Shown here: one piece after another, positions 45,117 to 52,845 of the stretch
Layout: every line of letters starts with the position of its first letter
How positions within the stretch are numbered: the stretch's first letter is position 1
Origin: Actinomycetota bacterium
GTDB taxonomy: Bacteria > Actinomycetota > JAICYB01
Length of the DNA stretch: 62,773 bases
Assembly (NCBI GenBank): GCA_035540895.1
Contig: DATLFR010000075.1
Coordinates: forward strand, 1 to 62,773
Direction: 5' to 3'
The notes under the pieces: model-generated
What the model was told of the DNA's origin: nothing
What the model saw: only the letters and a program-made list of their open reading frames with translations
Database searches by the model: none
Position numbers and translations under genes: made by a program

Positions 45117-45965
45117 ATGGAGATCGTCATCGGCATCGTGCTGCTGCTCGTGGTCCTCGCCGTCGTGGCCGTGGTCGTCTCGCGCAACAAGCCGGGACCG
45201 CGTCCGGAGGCTCCCGAGACGGAGGAGACCGACGTCCGGATCCGCGACGGCAGGGCGACCGTCCGCCTCGACGTCACCGCCGGCGACCCCGACAGTCCCG
45301 TCGTCCAGCGGCTGGTCCACGACGCGGCGGTCCAGGTGTTCACCGCCCACGCCGACGTACAGGACGTCGAGGTCCAGGGGGCGTCCGGGACCACCCTGGG
45401 CACCGTCTCCCGGACGGTGATGGACAGCCCCGAGACGTCGATGCCCGCCGGCATCGCCGATCCGCGTGTGGGCACACGGCGGACGGAGCCCACCGGCGGC
45501 ACCCCCGGCGGCGGACCCGCGGACCTGCAGCCGGGGGACGAGCCCGGCGCCAGGACCCTCGCCGAGCGCTTCGACCTGCCCGAGTCCGTCCGGTCGAGGC
45601 TGCGCAGCCCAGACGACGTCCGAGACCTGGTGCGAGCCCTGCTCGAGGCGGCAGGGCTCGACTTCACCGTCACCAACGACGTCTACAAGGTGGGACGGGA
45701 AGCGATCGTCGTCGTCCAGTCGGAGCTGGGGCGCGTCGTCTCCGACGAGGAGCTCAACAACGCGTTCCTCCGGTTCCAGTCCTCGGGCGCCGGCCGCGGC
45801 GTGGTCGTCACGCCGGGACTGATGTACCCGCAGGACCTCCGCCGGCGGTGGGCTATGGCGCCCAACCTGCGTCACGCGGGGCCGGAGGGGATACAGCGGA
45901 TGGCCGACGCCGTCGCGCTCGGGGCGAACCCCATCCGGTACGCGACCGGACCGGTCGCGACCTAA
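45117..45965 (+). CDS. Membrane-anchored protein of unknown function
   Basis: ATG 45117. One N-terminal TM (MEIVIGIVLLLVVLAVVAVVV), a Pro/Glu-rich linker, then a globular C-terminal domain (LVRALLEAAGLDFTV...IVVVQSE...GRGVVVTPG) faintly reminiscent of a restriction-endonuclease-like fold. Confidence 0.5.
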   Translation: MEIVIGIVLLLVVLAVVAVVVSRNKPGPRPEAPETEETDVRIRDGRATVRLDVTAGDPDSPVVQRLVHDAAVQVFTAHADVQDVEVQGASGTTLGTVSRTVMDSPETSMPAGIADPRVGTRRTEPTGGTPGGGPADLQPGDEPGARTLAERFDLPESVRSRLRSPDDVRDLVRALLEAAGLDFTVTNDVYKVGREAIVVVQSELGRVVSDEELNNAFLRFQSSGAGRGVVVTPGLMYPQDLRRRWAMAPNLRHAGPEGIQRMADAVALGANPIRYATGPVAT

Positions 45966-46870
45966 TGCTCCTCGCGCAGGTGCGCGCGTAGGAGATCCTC
46001 GCCGAAGTCCCCTTCGGGGTCGCGCATGACGGCATGGATGTGGTTGGCGTCGTCCTGGGTGTTGTCGTACTCGGCGAGGAAACCGGGCCCCCAGACGCGG
46101 TAGTAGTGACGGCGCCCAGGCGCGGCCGGCCCGGCCCACGCGAACGAGAGCCGCTCGACCTCCATCCGCTCGTACCGAGCGTCGGCCAACGCGCGGGGGA
46201 GCCGGTCGAGGTAGACGCGGACGAGGCGGGCGAGGAGCGACTGCTGGTCCGGACGCAGCACGCCGCCCGGGATGCCGCCGGTCATGACCGCGGGGTCGAC
46301 CGCGGGATGGTTGGACGTGAGGATGTCCGGGGGAGCCTCCTCGGCCACGACCGCCAGCTCGAGCTGCGTCGGCCCCAGCGTGTCCAGGAGGTCGCGGGCC
46401 GCGTCCTCCTCGTCCCCCAGGGGACGGGTCGCGCCCGGCACGACGGCCGGGTTGGCGCCCAGGAACAGCGGCGTCGACGCCACCTCGTCTCCCACGAGCG
46501 CGACGTTGACGGACACGTGATGGCCCTCGAACCGCCACCCCCACGCGTGCTCGCCGGGGGAGCCGAAGACGGTCAGGTGGTAGAGGGAGGGATCGCGGTT
46601 GCGGTCCCAGCCCTCCACGCGGTCGAGGACCCGCTCGAGCGCGCAGATCGCGGTCGCCTTGGCGTACCCGGACATGCTGAGCGCCGTCGCCAGGAGGCGG
46701 TGGACGTCCGTCGCCTGGGCAGGCGTCATCTCCCCGAGCGCCAGCCCCGTCCGGGGGCCGGGGGTGTAGTACCAGGCGCGTCGGTCCTCGTCGTCGGGGA
46801 AGGTCCGGACCGCCTTGGCGCGCTGCGCGTCGTCCAGGGAGCCGAGCACCCGGACGGCGGCCTGGGTCAT
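45962..46870 (-). CDS. DUF3500 family protein
   Basis: WYYTPGPR, WRFEGHHVSVN and NHIHAVMRDP blocks recalled from DUF3500. ATG 46870 lies inside the 702-aa track ORF, whose upstream part is shadow. Confidence 0.65.
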   Translation of the reverse strand: MTQAAVRVLGSLDDAQRAKAVRTFPDDEDRRAWYYTPGPRTGLALGEMTPAQATDVHRLLATALSMSGYAKATAICALERVLDRVEGWDRNRDPSLYHLTVFGSPGEHAWGWRFEGHHVSVNVALVGDEVASTPLFLGANPAVVPGATRPLGDEEDAARDLLDTLGPTQLELAVVAEEAPPDILTSNHPAVDPAVMTGGIPGGVLRPDQQSLLARLVRVYLDRLPRALADARYERMEVERLSFAWAGPAAPGRRHYYRVWGPGFLAEYDNTQDDANHIHAVMRDPEGDFGEDLLRAHLREEH

Positions 46871-46878
46871 CTCGGCCG

Positions 46879-47445
46879 TCACGATGTCACGTCCACCCGG
46901 GGGGGCCCGGACCGGCGCACGACCTCGTCCACCTCGAAGTACTCCTGCTCGGTGAACCCGAACGCGGACGCGACCAGGTTCGACGGTATCGACTGGACAC
47001 GCCGGTTGAGGTCGCGGACGTTGGCGTTGTAGAAGCGCCTGGCCGCGGCGAGCCGGTCCTCGGTGTTCACGAGCTCGTCCTGCAGTCGCAGGAAGTGATG
47101 GCTCGCCTTCAGCGCCGGGTAGCTCTCGACGACGGCGAGGAGCTGGCGCATCGCGGCCACCAGTCGGCGTTCTGTGGCGGCCTGGTGGCCGGGCGACCCG
47201 TGGTCTCGGGAGGCGGCCGCCCGCGCCTCCGTAACCCGCTCGAGCACGTGGCGCTCGTGGGCCGCGTACCCCTTCACGCTCTCCACGAGGTTGGGGATCA
47301 GGTCGTAGCGGCGCTGGAGCTCCGTCTCCACGTTCGACCAGGAGTTGCGGATCAGGTTCCGCTGCTCGACGAAGCGGTTGTATGAGATCAGGACGGCCAC
47401 GCCGAGCACGAGCAGCGCGCCCAGCCCGCCGTAGAACGCCTCCAT
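46879..47445 (-). CDS. lemA: LemA family protein
   Basis: N-terminal TM plus YNRFVEQRNLIRNSWSNVETELQRRYDLIPNLV and ARRFYNANV blocks. Confidence 0.8.
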   Translation of the reverse strand: MEAFYGGLGALLVLGVAVLISYNRFVEQRNLIRNSWSNVETELQRRYDLIPNLVESVKGYAAHERHVLERVTEARAAASRDHGSPGHQAATERRLVAAMRQLLAVVESYPALKASHHFLRLQDELVNTEDRLAAARRFYNANVRDLNRRVQSIPSNLVASAFGFTEQEYFEVDEVVRRSGPPRVDVTS

Positions 47446-47454
47446 CGCACAACG

Positions 47455-48132
47455 CTACCGGGAGCCGAACACCTCGTGGACGACCTTCGGCACCTGGCGC
47501 AGGAAGCCCGCCAGCGCGTACAGGTGTCCATGCAGCTTCGGCTCCCGCAGGCGGCCGCTCCAGACGAGCAGCCAGCCGGCGTTCATCTCGAACGACCACC
47601 GGGTGTTGCCGTCCAGCAGCCACTGCATCATGCGCGGGTCGATCAGGTAGCTCGCGAAACGGGGATCGGACGACTTCACCTGGAAGCACCGGTTGAACTC
47701 GTCGGACTCGAACTGGATGTCGCGGAACCCGACGAAGTCGCCGAGCCGCGACAGGACCGTCTCCCGCGTCACGCTGAGGTGCGGCCAGGCATCGGGGACG
47801 GGCGTCATCGCACACGTGAACCTGGAGTAGCTTCGCGACGTGTTGCCCTTCGAGTCGGTGCTCTCGGTGTAGTACCAGTAGTCGAAGACCCGGACGTCCA
47901 GGTCCTTCCAGCGGCCCCAGGCGACGTTCTCGGCGCCACGGCCGTCCCCCTTCCGGAACAGGGAGAAGGGCATCCGCACGATGGAGAACGGGTCCTCGCG
48001 TGAGTACTCGAAGCCGAGCTGGTTCGCGGCGAGGAACCAGGCCTCCCGACGCTGCTGCTCGCGCATCCACGACCAGATCCCGAAGGCTACGGCGACTATC
48101 GCGAACAGGACGAAGAGGATCGCGGGGTCCAT
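47455..48132 (-). CDS. Membrane-anchored protein, DUF3137-like (usual LemA partner)
   Basis: ATG 48132. One N-terminal TM, then FEYSREDP..., FDYWYYTES and FNRCFQV blocks. Sits immediately upstream of lemA on the same strand. Confidence 0.6.
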   Translation of the reverse strand: MDPAILFVLFAIVAVAFGIWSWMREQQRREAWFLAANQLGFEYSREDPFSIVRMPFSLFRKGDGRGAENVAWGRWKDLDVRVFDYWYYTESTDSKGNTSRSYSRFTCAMTPVPDAWPHLSVTRETVLSRLGDFVGFRDIQFESDEFNRCFQVKSSDPRFASYLIDPRMMQWLLDGNTRWSFEMNAGWLLVWSGRLREPKLHGHLYALAGFLRQVPKVVHEVFGSR

Positions 48133-48173
48133 CGCGTACAGACTAGATCGGCCGTCTGTTAGGCTCCCGCGCC

Positions 48174-48986
48174 GTGGACAACAGATTCGACCGCGACACG
48201 GCGCTGAAGCGCACCGACCAGGACCTCTTCGAGGGACGCATCGACGGGGGCTGGTGGATCGTCCGGGGCCCCAACGGCGGCTACATCGCCTCGATCGTCC
48301 TGCGCGCGATGACCATGACCGTGGCGGACCCGACGCGCCACCCGCGGTCGATGACCGTCCACTACGTGCGCCCACCCGTGGAGGGTCCGGTGACGGTCCG
48401 GACGGTGGCCGAGCGCACCGGGCGCACCCTGTCCACGGTCTCCGCCCGGATGGAGCAGGACGGCAAGCTCGTGGCCCTGGCGCTGGGAGCGTTCTCGGGT
48501 CCGTTCGGGGGGTCCGTGGAGTTCTCGGAGATCGAGATGCCGGACGCGCCGCCACCGGAGTCGCTCCCGCTCCGTCCGGAGCGCGAGGGCGACCTCCCGT
48601 TCCTGGACCGCTTCGATTTCCGGTGGGCGGTCGGCGTGGCGCCGCTCGGCGAGGGAGGCGAAGCCGTCTCGGGAGCCTGGATCCGCCCGAGCGAGCCGCG
48701 GGTCGCCGACGCGCTGCTCGTCGCCCAGCTGATGGACGCCTGGGCGCCGGCCGTCTTCAGCAAGGTCATGCCGCCGGCGGGCGTGCCGACCATCGACCTC
48801 ACGATCCACTTCCGGCGGTCGCTCCCGGTCCCGGGGGCGACCCCGGACGACTACCTGCTCGGCGTGTTCCGCACCCGGACCGCCCACGACGGCTTCATCG
48901 AGGAGGACGGGGAGCTGTGGACGCGGGATGGACTCCTCCTCGCCCAGTCCAGGCAGCTCGCCATCCTGATCCCCGGGCGCGCCTAG
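48174..48986 (+). CDS. Acyl-CoA thioesterase (double hot-dog, TesB-like)
   Basis: GPNGGYIASIVLRAM and the duplicated hot-dog layout. The length fits. Confidence 0.7.
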   Translation: MDNRFDRDTALKRTDQDLFEGRIDGGWWIVRGPNGGYIASIVLRAMTMTVADPTRHPRSMTVHYVRPPVEGPVTVRTVAERTGRTLSTVSARMEQDGKLVALALGAFSGPFGGSVEFSEIEMPDAPPPESLPLRPEREGDLPFLDRFDFRWAVGVAPLGEGGEAVSGAWIRPSEPRVADALLVAQLMDAWAPAVFSKVMPPAGVPTIDLTIHFRRSLPVPGATPDDYLLGVFRTRTAHDGFIEEDGELWTRDGLLLAQSRQLAILIPGRA

Positions 48987-49405
48987 CCCTCGGGAGCCGG
49001 CTGCGGCGGACCGGCGCGCAGGAACCCGAGGAACGGGTAACCGTGCGCCTCGACCTCGCCGGGGTCGAACCCGAACGTCCGGAGGTGGTTGGCACCGCTC
49101 TGCTCCCGCGCGTACCCGGCCACCATCTCCCCGGCGTCGGATACGAACCGCACCGCGATCGCGGCGTAGCTCTCGCGCCGCTGCTCGATCACGTCGGCTG
49201 CGACCTGCTTGGCCTGTTCCTCGGTCCACCCCTGCGCGACGACCTGCGCGCTGAACAGGTCCTCCCGCTCGTCGGTCCCGACCTGCAGGTCGTAGGGAGG
49301 GATCCCCGTCGTCGGCACCTGCCAGGCCTCGAAGGCCGACTGCCGACTCGTCCGGCACCCGCCGGCCAGCGCCAGCAGCGCGAGGAGGAGGGCGACCGGC
49401 CTCAC
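48983..49405 (-). CDS. Putative lipoprotein of unknown function
   Basis: GTG 49405 overlaps the upstream stop (GTGA). Signal/lipobox-like VRPVALLLALLALAGGC. Confidence 0.55.
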   Translation of the reverse strand: MRPVALLLALLALAGGCRTSRQSAFEAWQVPTTGIPPYDLQVGTDEREDLFSAQVVAQGWTEEQAKQVAADVIEQRRESYAAIAVRFVSDAGEMVAGYAREQSGANHLRTFGFDPGEVEAHGYPFLGFLRAGPPQPAPEG

Positions 49406-50211
49406 GGCATGACGTTGAGCGCGTCCGCCACGCGCCCGGCCATGTCCTCGTCCCCCCCGAGCTTCAGGACCCCGCGTTGGAGCGCGGTCGAGCGGTCCCA
49501 CCGTCCGGTGGCCAGGGCGATGTAGGTGGGGAGGTCGCAGACGATCTCCGCGTCGGGTTCGGCGTCGTCGGGGGCCGGACCCGCCCGTCCATCGGTCATC
49601 CCGACGGTGACGGTTCGGGAGCCCTCCACGCTCAGCCGCACGACCGTCCCTTCCGGGACCCCCGCCTTCTTGCCCACCACGTACCCGAACGCGCCGAACA
49701 GCCTGTCCAGCGCCGTCTCGGCGGCCGGTCCGGACGTGTGGCCCGGACGTCCGAGGGCGCGGCGGATGTCCTGCTCGTGGACCCAGCAGTCGAGCGTCCT
49801 GATCGGGAGGAGGTCCCGGACCTTCCCCGGGCCGAGCGGGGTCCAGGAGTCCGCCTCGAAATCGTCGGGCCCGTAGGCCCGGAACCTGGCCAGGCGCTCC
49901 GAGGTGGTCGTCCGGAACTCCTCGAGGACCTCGGCTCCCGTGCGTGAGCGGCGCCAGTCCACGCCCACCTCGTTGAGCGCGCCGAACTCGCTGCGCGTAT
50001 GGGACAGGTCGGCCGGGGTGTGCTCCGGACCCGGGCGCCCGTCCAGTCGCTGCTCGATGTCGACGATGTGGGAGACGTTGTCCTGGACCGACCACCCCGG
50101 GAGGTCGGTCATCGTCTTCCACTCCTGCTCGGACAGCCCCTCGCAGAGCTCGGAGATCGAGCCCCAGACCTCCTCGAGGTGGTCCACCAGAACCTGGTCC
50201 CCTTCGGCCAT
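49402..50211 (-). CDS. Mycothiol-dependent maleylpyruvate isomerase-like (DinB/MDMPI_N family) protein
   Basis: ATG 50211 is preceded by GGAGGA with a 6-nt spacer. The N-terminal LVDHLEEVWGSISELCEGLSEQEW...WSVQDNVSHIV is typical of DinB-fold MDMPI proteins. The upstream 87 codons of the track ORF look non-coding. Confidence 0.7.
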   Translation of the reverse strand: MAEGDQVLVDHLEEVWGSISELCEGLSEQEWKTMTDLPGWSVQDNVSHIVDIEQRLDGRPGPEHTPADLSHTRSEFGALNEVGVDWRRSRTGAEVLEEFRTTTSERLARFRAYGPDDFEADSWTPLGPGKVRDLLPIRTLDCWVHEQDIRRALGRPGHTSGPAAETALDRLFGAFGYVVGKKAGVPEGTVVRLSVEGSRTVTVGMTDGRAGPAPDDAEPDAEIVCDLPTYIALATGRWDRSTALQRGVLKLGGDEDMAGRVADALNVMP

Positions 50212-50482
50212 ATCCAGTCCTCCAGATCCGCGGCGAACGCTCGACACCGACGCTATCCTGTCCGTACACGAGAAAGGAGGTGGTCCAGAGTTGCATAAAC
50301 CGCACTCGACCCGTGAGGTGGCTGTCTGCTGACGCAGATCCACCCGGGCCCGGAGGACCACCTCCGGCTCACCACCTCTGCCGGTGAGATGGCGTCGGCA
50401 GAATCCAAGCAGACCGCCGGCTCCTGAGCTTCCCGCCTGGTCGACCGGGAACCACGGCTCGGGGGTTACCACAGATCCGATA

Positions 50483-50514
50483 GGGGGCCGCTCTCCGGAG
50501 CGGCCCCCTTCTTT
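50483..50514 (+). terminator. Strong intrinsic-terminator-like hairpin (perfect 11-bp stem, loop UCCG, then UUCUUU on the plus strand)
   Basis: GGGGGCCGCUC-UCCG-GAGCGGCCCCC followed by TTCTTT. It lies 8 nt from the stop of the minus-strand wHTH gene, so it could also act for that gene. Confidence 0.6.
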
Positions 50515-50521
50515 CGTCCGC

Positions 50522-50839
50522 TCAACCAGCCGTAGAGCCGGATCGCCGGTGCGGCGGGGGGTGAGCGAGCAGGGCGAGCACCTCGCCGATGGTCCTGACC
50601 CGACCGAACGACTCCCGCAAGGGCAACTGCCCCTGGATCCGATACCGGTTGCGGCGGCCGTCCACCGGATCCTTCTCCTTCACCACGTAACCCGCATCGG
50701 TCAGATCGACCACGATCCCGTAGGCGGTCCGCTCCGTGACGTGTAGTTCGGCCGCCAGGTCCTTGAGGCGGGCGTCCGGCCGCTCCGCGATGAAGAAGAG
50801 CACCCTCGCGTGGTTCGTGAAGAACCGCCATTCGCCCAT
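50522..50839 (-). CDS. Winged-helix transcriptional regulator (ArsR/MarR-like)
   Basis: LKDLAAELHVTERTAYGIVVDLTDAGYVVKEKD..GRRNRY is an HTH plus wing pattern. Confidence 0.7.
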   Translation of the reverse strand: MGEWRFFTNHARVLFFIAERPDARLKDLAAELHVTERTAYGIVVDLTDAGYVVKEKDPVDGRRNRYRIQGQLPLRESFGRVRTIGEVLALLAHPPPHRRSGSTAG

Positions 50840-50870
50840 GGGTTCACTCTAACGCATTATTGGAAAAAAA

Positions 50871-50899
50871 TTGCTGGTTCTTGAATTCCAGAGTATGGT
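50871..50899 (+). promoter_or_regulatory. Candidate promoter of the LPXTG gene in an AT-rich spacer
   Basis: TTGCTG (50871..50876), a 17-nt spacer, then TATGGT (50894..50899). The 60 nt at 50841..50900 contain only 23 G/C, in an otherwise very GC-rich window. Confidence 0.5.
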
Positions 50900-50987
50900 G
50901 GGGGACGCGGTCCGACCGGGCCGCACCGAAGATCCCGTCTCCCCCGCGTCAGCCGAGGGGCCGAGGTCCAACACGGAGGGGAGACAC

Positions 50988-52547
50988 ATGGACCATGCGC
51001 CTGCAAGCGCCCGGAGCCCGGGACCCGAACGCCTGAAACCCACTGACCCAGGGCCGCCGGGTAGGAGCAGTCGCTCCACGGCGCGGATACTACTCACCGG
51101 CGCGCTGGCGTCAGCTTGCGTTGCGGTGATCCTCGGAGCCACGGGTGGGTCCGCGGTCGCGGACACCACCATGCCTCAGCGAACCTGGCCCACGGACGCG
51201 GCCGAAACCGCGGGGGCCATCCGTTCCTCGCCCGCAGGTCGTGCACCGTCGGTCGCCGAGGCCCGTTCGTCGGCACTGGAGGCGGTGGCCGCGGTCCGTT
51301 CTGGCACCAGCCGTGCCGCCTCCCGGCCCATGCCGGAGCGGGCGGCGTTCCGCTCCGACATCGCGGCGGCGATCGAGGAGGCCTCCGTATCGACGCCGCA
51401 GGGGACGACGGCCACGGCCACGAGCACCACGTCGGACGCCTCCGGTACCTCTGGATCGGGTTCGGCGCCGAGCCGAGATGCTCCCATCGGCACGGCCGAC
51501 GTGGCTCCTGCTTCGTCTCACGACGTGAACCAGTGCAACCCTCCCGAGTTCCCCGGAGCTACTGCCGGGTGGGAGATCACCTGCGAGGTCACGATCGAGA
51601 ACACGGTGACGGCCGAGGGGGAGACATCTTCAAAGGTGACAACGCGGAGCTGCCTCGCAGCGGCGGGCGTGACACCTCCGTTCGGCTGCACGACCTCCGT
51701 CACCGAATCGGACGAACTGACGACCAAGGTCGACCAGTGCAACGGGGTGGCCACCGGGGGCGGCAGCAACGTGACGTGCCACGTCACGGTCATCAACGAT
51801 GTCCCGGCCGGGACGCCGACCGTGCCGGTAACCGTGAACCAGTGCAACGGCTCCGGAGAGGGCGGGGTCGATCCCGCTGGCGATCCTCTGGCGTGCTCGG
51901 GGCCGGCCGAGCAAGACACGACGGATGCATCCGTGAACCAGTGCAACGGTTCGGCGAACGGGGGCGGGGCCCCCGGACGCGTGAACTGCTCGGTCGAGGG
52001 TGACGTGTCTGCCGTGCCGCTGGACATCGACCAGTGCAACGGCTCGGCCAACGATGGGGGCGGCACCGTCAACTGCTCTGTGACCGTCGTGAACCGATAC
52101 GGCGGTCCGGGAACGGGTCCGGGAACGGGTCCGGGTACCGGTCCGGGTACCGGTCCGGGAACGGGTCCGGGTACGGGTCCGGGTACCGGTCCGGGAACGG
52201 GTCCGGGTACCGGTCCGGGAACGGGTCCGGGAACGGGTCCGGGAACCGGTCCGGGCAACCGCCCTGGACAGGATCCGGCAGACGGTCTCGGCTCCGGCGC
52301 AGAGGTGTCGGGCTCGCCCGTCGCGTTCGTCACCCCCGCAGAGGTGACGACGGCGCAGGCCGGGGGCAGTCGGTTGAGCGCCGCGAGCACCGACCTCACC
52401 CTCTCGCGCGCGCACGAACGCTCGACCCTGCCCGCCACGGGGGCCGATACGGCGACGATCCTGCTACTGGCCGTGTCGGCACTCATGCTCGGCGCCCTTC
52501 TGACGCTGATCTCACGATCCGCGGGCAGGATCGGTACGGGTCGATAG
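50988..52547 (+). CDS. LPXTG-anchored surface protein with five QCN cysteine-pair repeats and a (GPGT)12 stalk
   Basis: ATG 50988 follows GGAGGGGAG. N-terminal TM/signal ILLTGALASACVAVILGA. Five (V/I)(N/D)QCN(G) motifs, each with a second Cys 13-17 residues later. C-terminal LPATG plus a hydrophobic helix plus RSAGR. Confidence 0.75.
   Translation: MDHAPASARSPGPERLKPTDPGPPGRSSRSTARILLTGALASACVAVILGATGGSAVADTTMPQRTWPTDAAETAGAIRSSPAGRAPSVAEARSSALEAVAAVRSGTSRAASRPMPERAAFRSDIAAAIEEASVSTPQGTTATATSTTSDASGTSGSGSAPSRDAPIGTADVAPASSHDVNQCNPPEFPGATAGWEITCEVTIENTVTAEGETSSKVTTRSCLAAAGVTPPFGCTTSVTESDELTTKVDQCNGVATGGGSNVTCHVTVINDVPAGTPTVPVTVNQCNGSGEGGVDPAGDPLACSGPAEQDTTDASVNQCNGSANGGGAPGRVNCSVEGDVSAVPLDIDQCNGSANDGGGTVNCSVTVVNRYGGPGTGPGTGPGTGPGTGPGTGPGTGPGTGPGTGPGTGPGTGPGTGPGTGPGNRPGQDPADGLGSGAEVSGSPVAFVTPAEVTTAQAGGSRLSAASTDLTLSRAHERSTLPATGADTATILLLAVSALMLGALLTLISRSAGRIGTGR
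52104..52256 (+). repeat. 12-nt tandem repeat (GGTCCGGGWACS) x ~12.75, encoding (GPGT)n
   Basis: Read directly from the sequence: ggtccgggaacg / ggtccgggtacc / ggtccgggtacg units in frame within the LPXTG gene. Confidence 0.95.
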
Positions 52548-52845
52548 GAGGTACGAGGGGGGTACGGCCAGCGAGCCGTGCCTCCCTCCTGCTCCTCCCG
52601 CTCAGCGGCCAGCGACCCCTACGTCGCGGGCGGGCGGCCGAGGCGCACGCGCTCCCCGTAGGGCGACGGTGGCCTTCGAACTCTGGCACCCCCAACGACC
52701 TCGAGGCCCAGTGGTCGTCCGCCGCAACGTCGCGACGGATGGCCTCGGGTCGGTGCGGGCGATCTGGATCTGGCGGCCCGTGCCGTCGCAACGCTCGAAG
52801 AGCCCGCTTCAGCTCCTCGGGCTCGAGCGCGCTGGACGGTCCGGC

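Noticed and set aside
50271-50283. 16S rRNA gene fragment (the minus strand reads CCACCTCCTTTCT)
   Set aside because: Only the 13-nt 3'-terminal motif is present, and the flanking sequence has no rRNA-like conservation. I interpret it as an SD (plus strand) or anti-SD mimic (minus strand), not an rRNA gene.
50212-50472. N-terminal 87-codon extension of the DinB-like gene (GTG 50472)
   Set aside because: The extension has no protein-like pattern. ATG 50211 has a GGAGGA SD at ideal spacing, and the DinB-type N-terminal helix starts there. I treated the region as non-coding; see the finding at 50212..50521.
52104-52256. Possible CRISPR array
   Set aside because: The units are only 12 nt long, directly abutting with no spacers, and in frame inside a coding sequence, where they encode GPGT. 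This is a coding tandem repeat, not a CRISPR.
52548-52845. 300-nt gap between the LPXTG gene and the broken STAS gene, with short ORFs (for example 52483..52791, minus strand)
   Set aside because: The ORFs are Arg/Pro-rich with no motifs, and I found no clear hairpin/terminator or repeat. It may be decayed coding sequence, but I cannot support any call.
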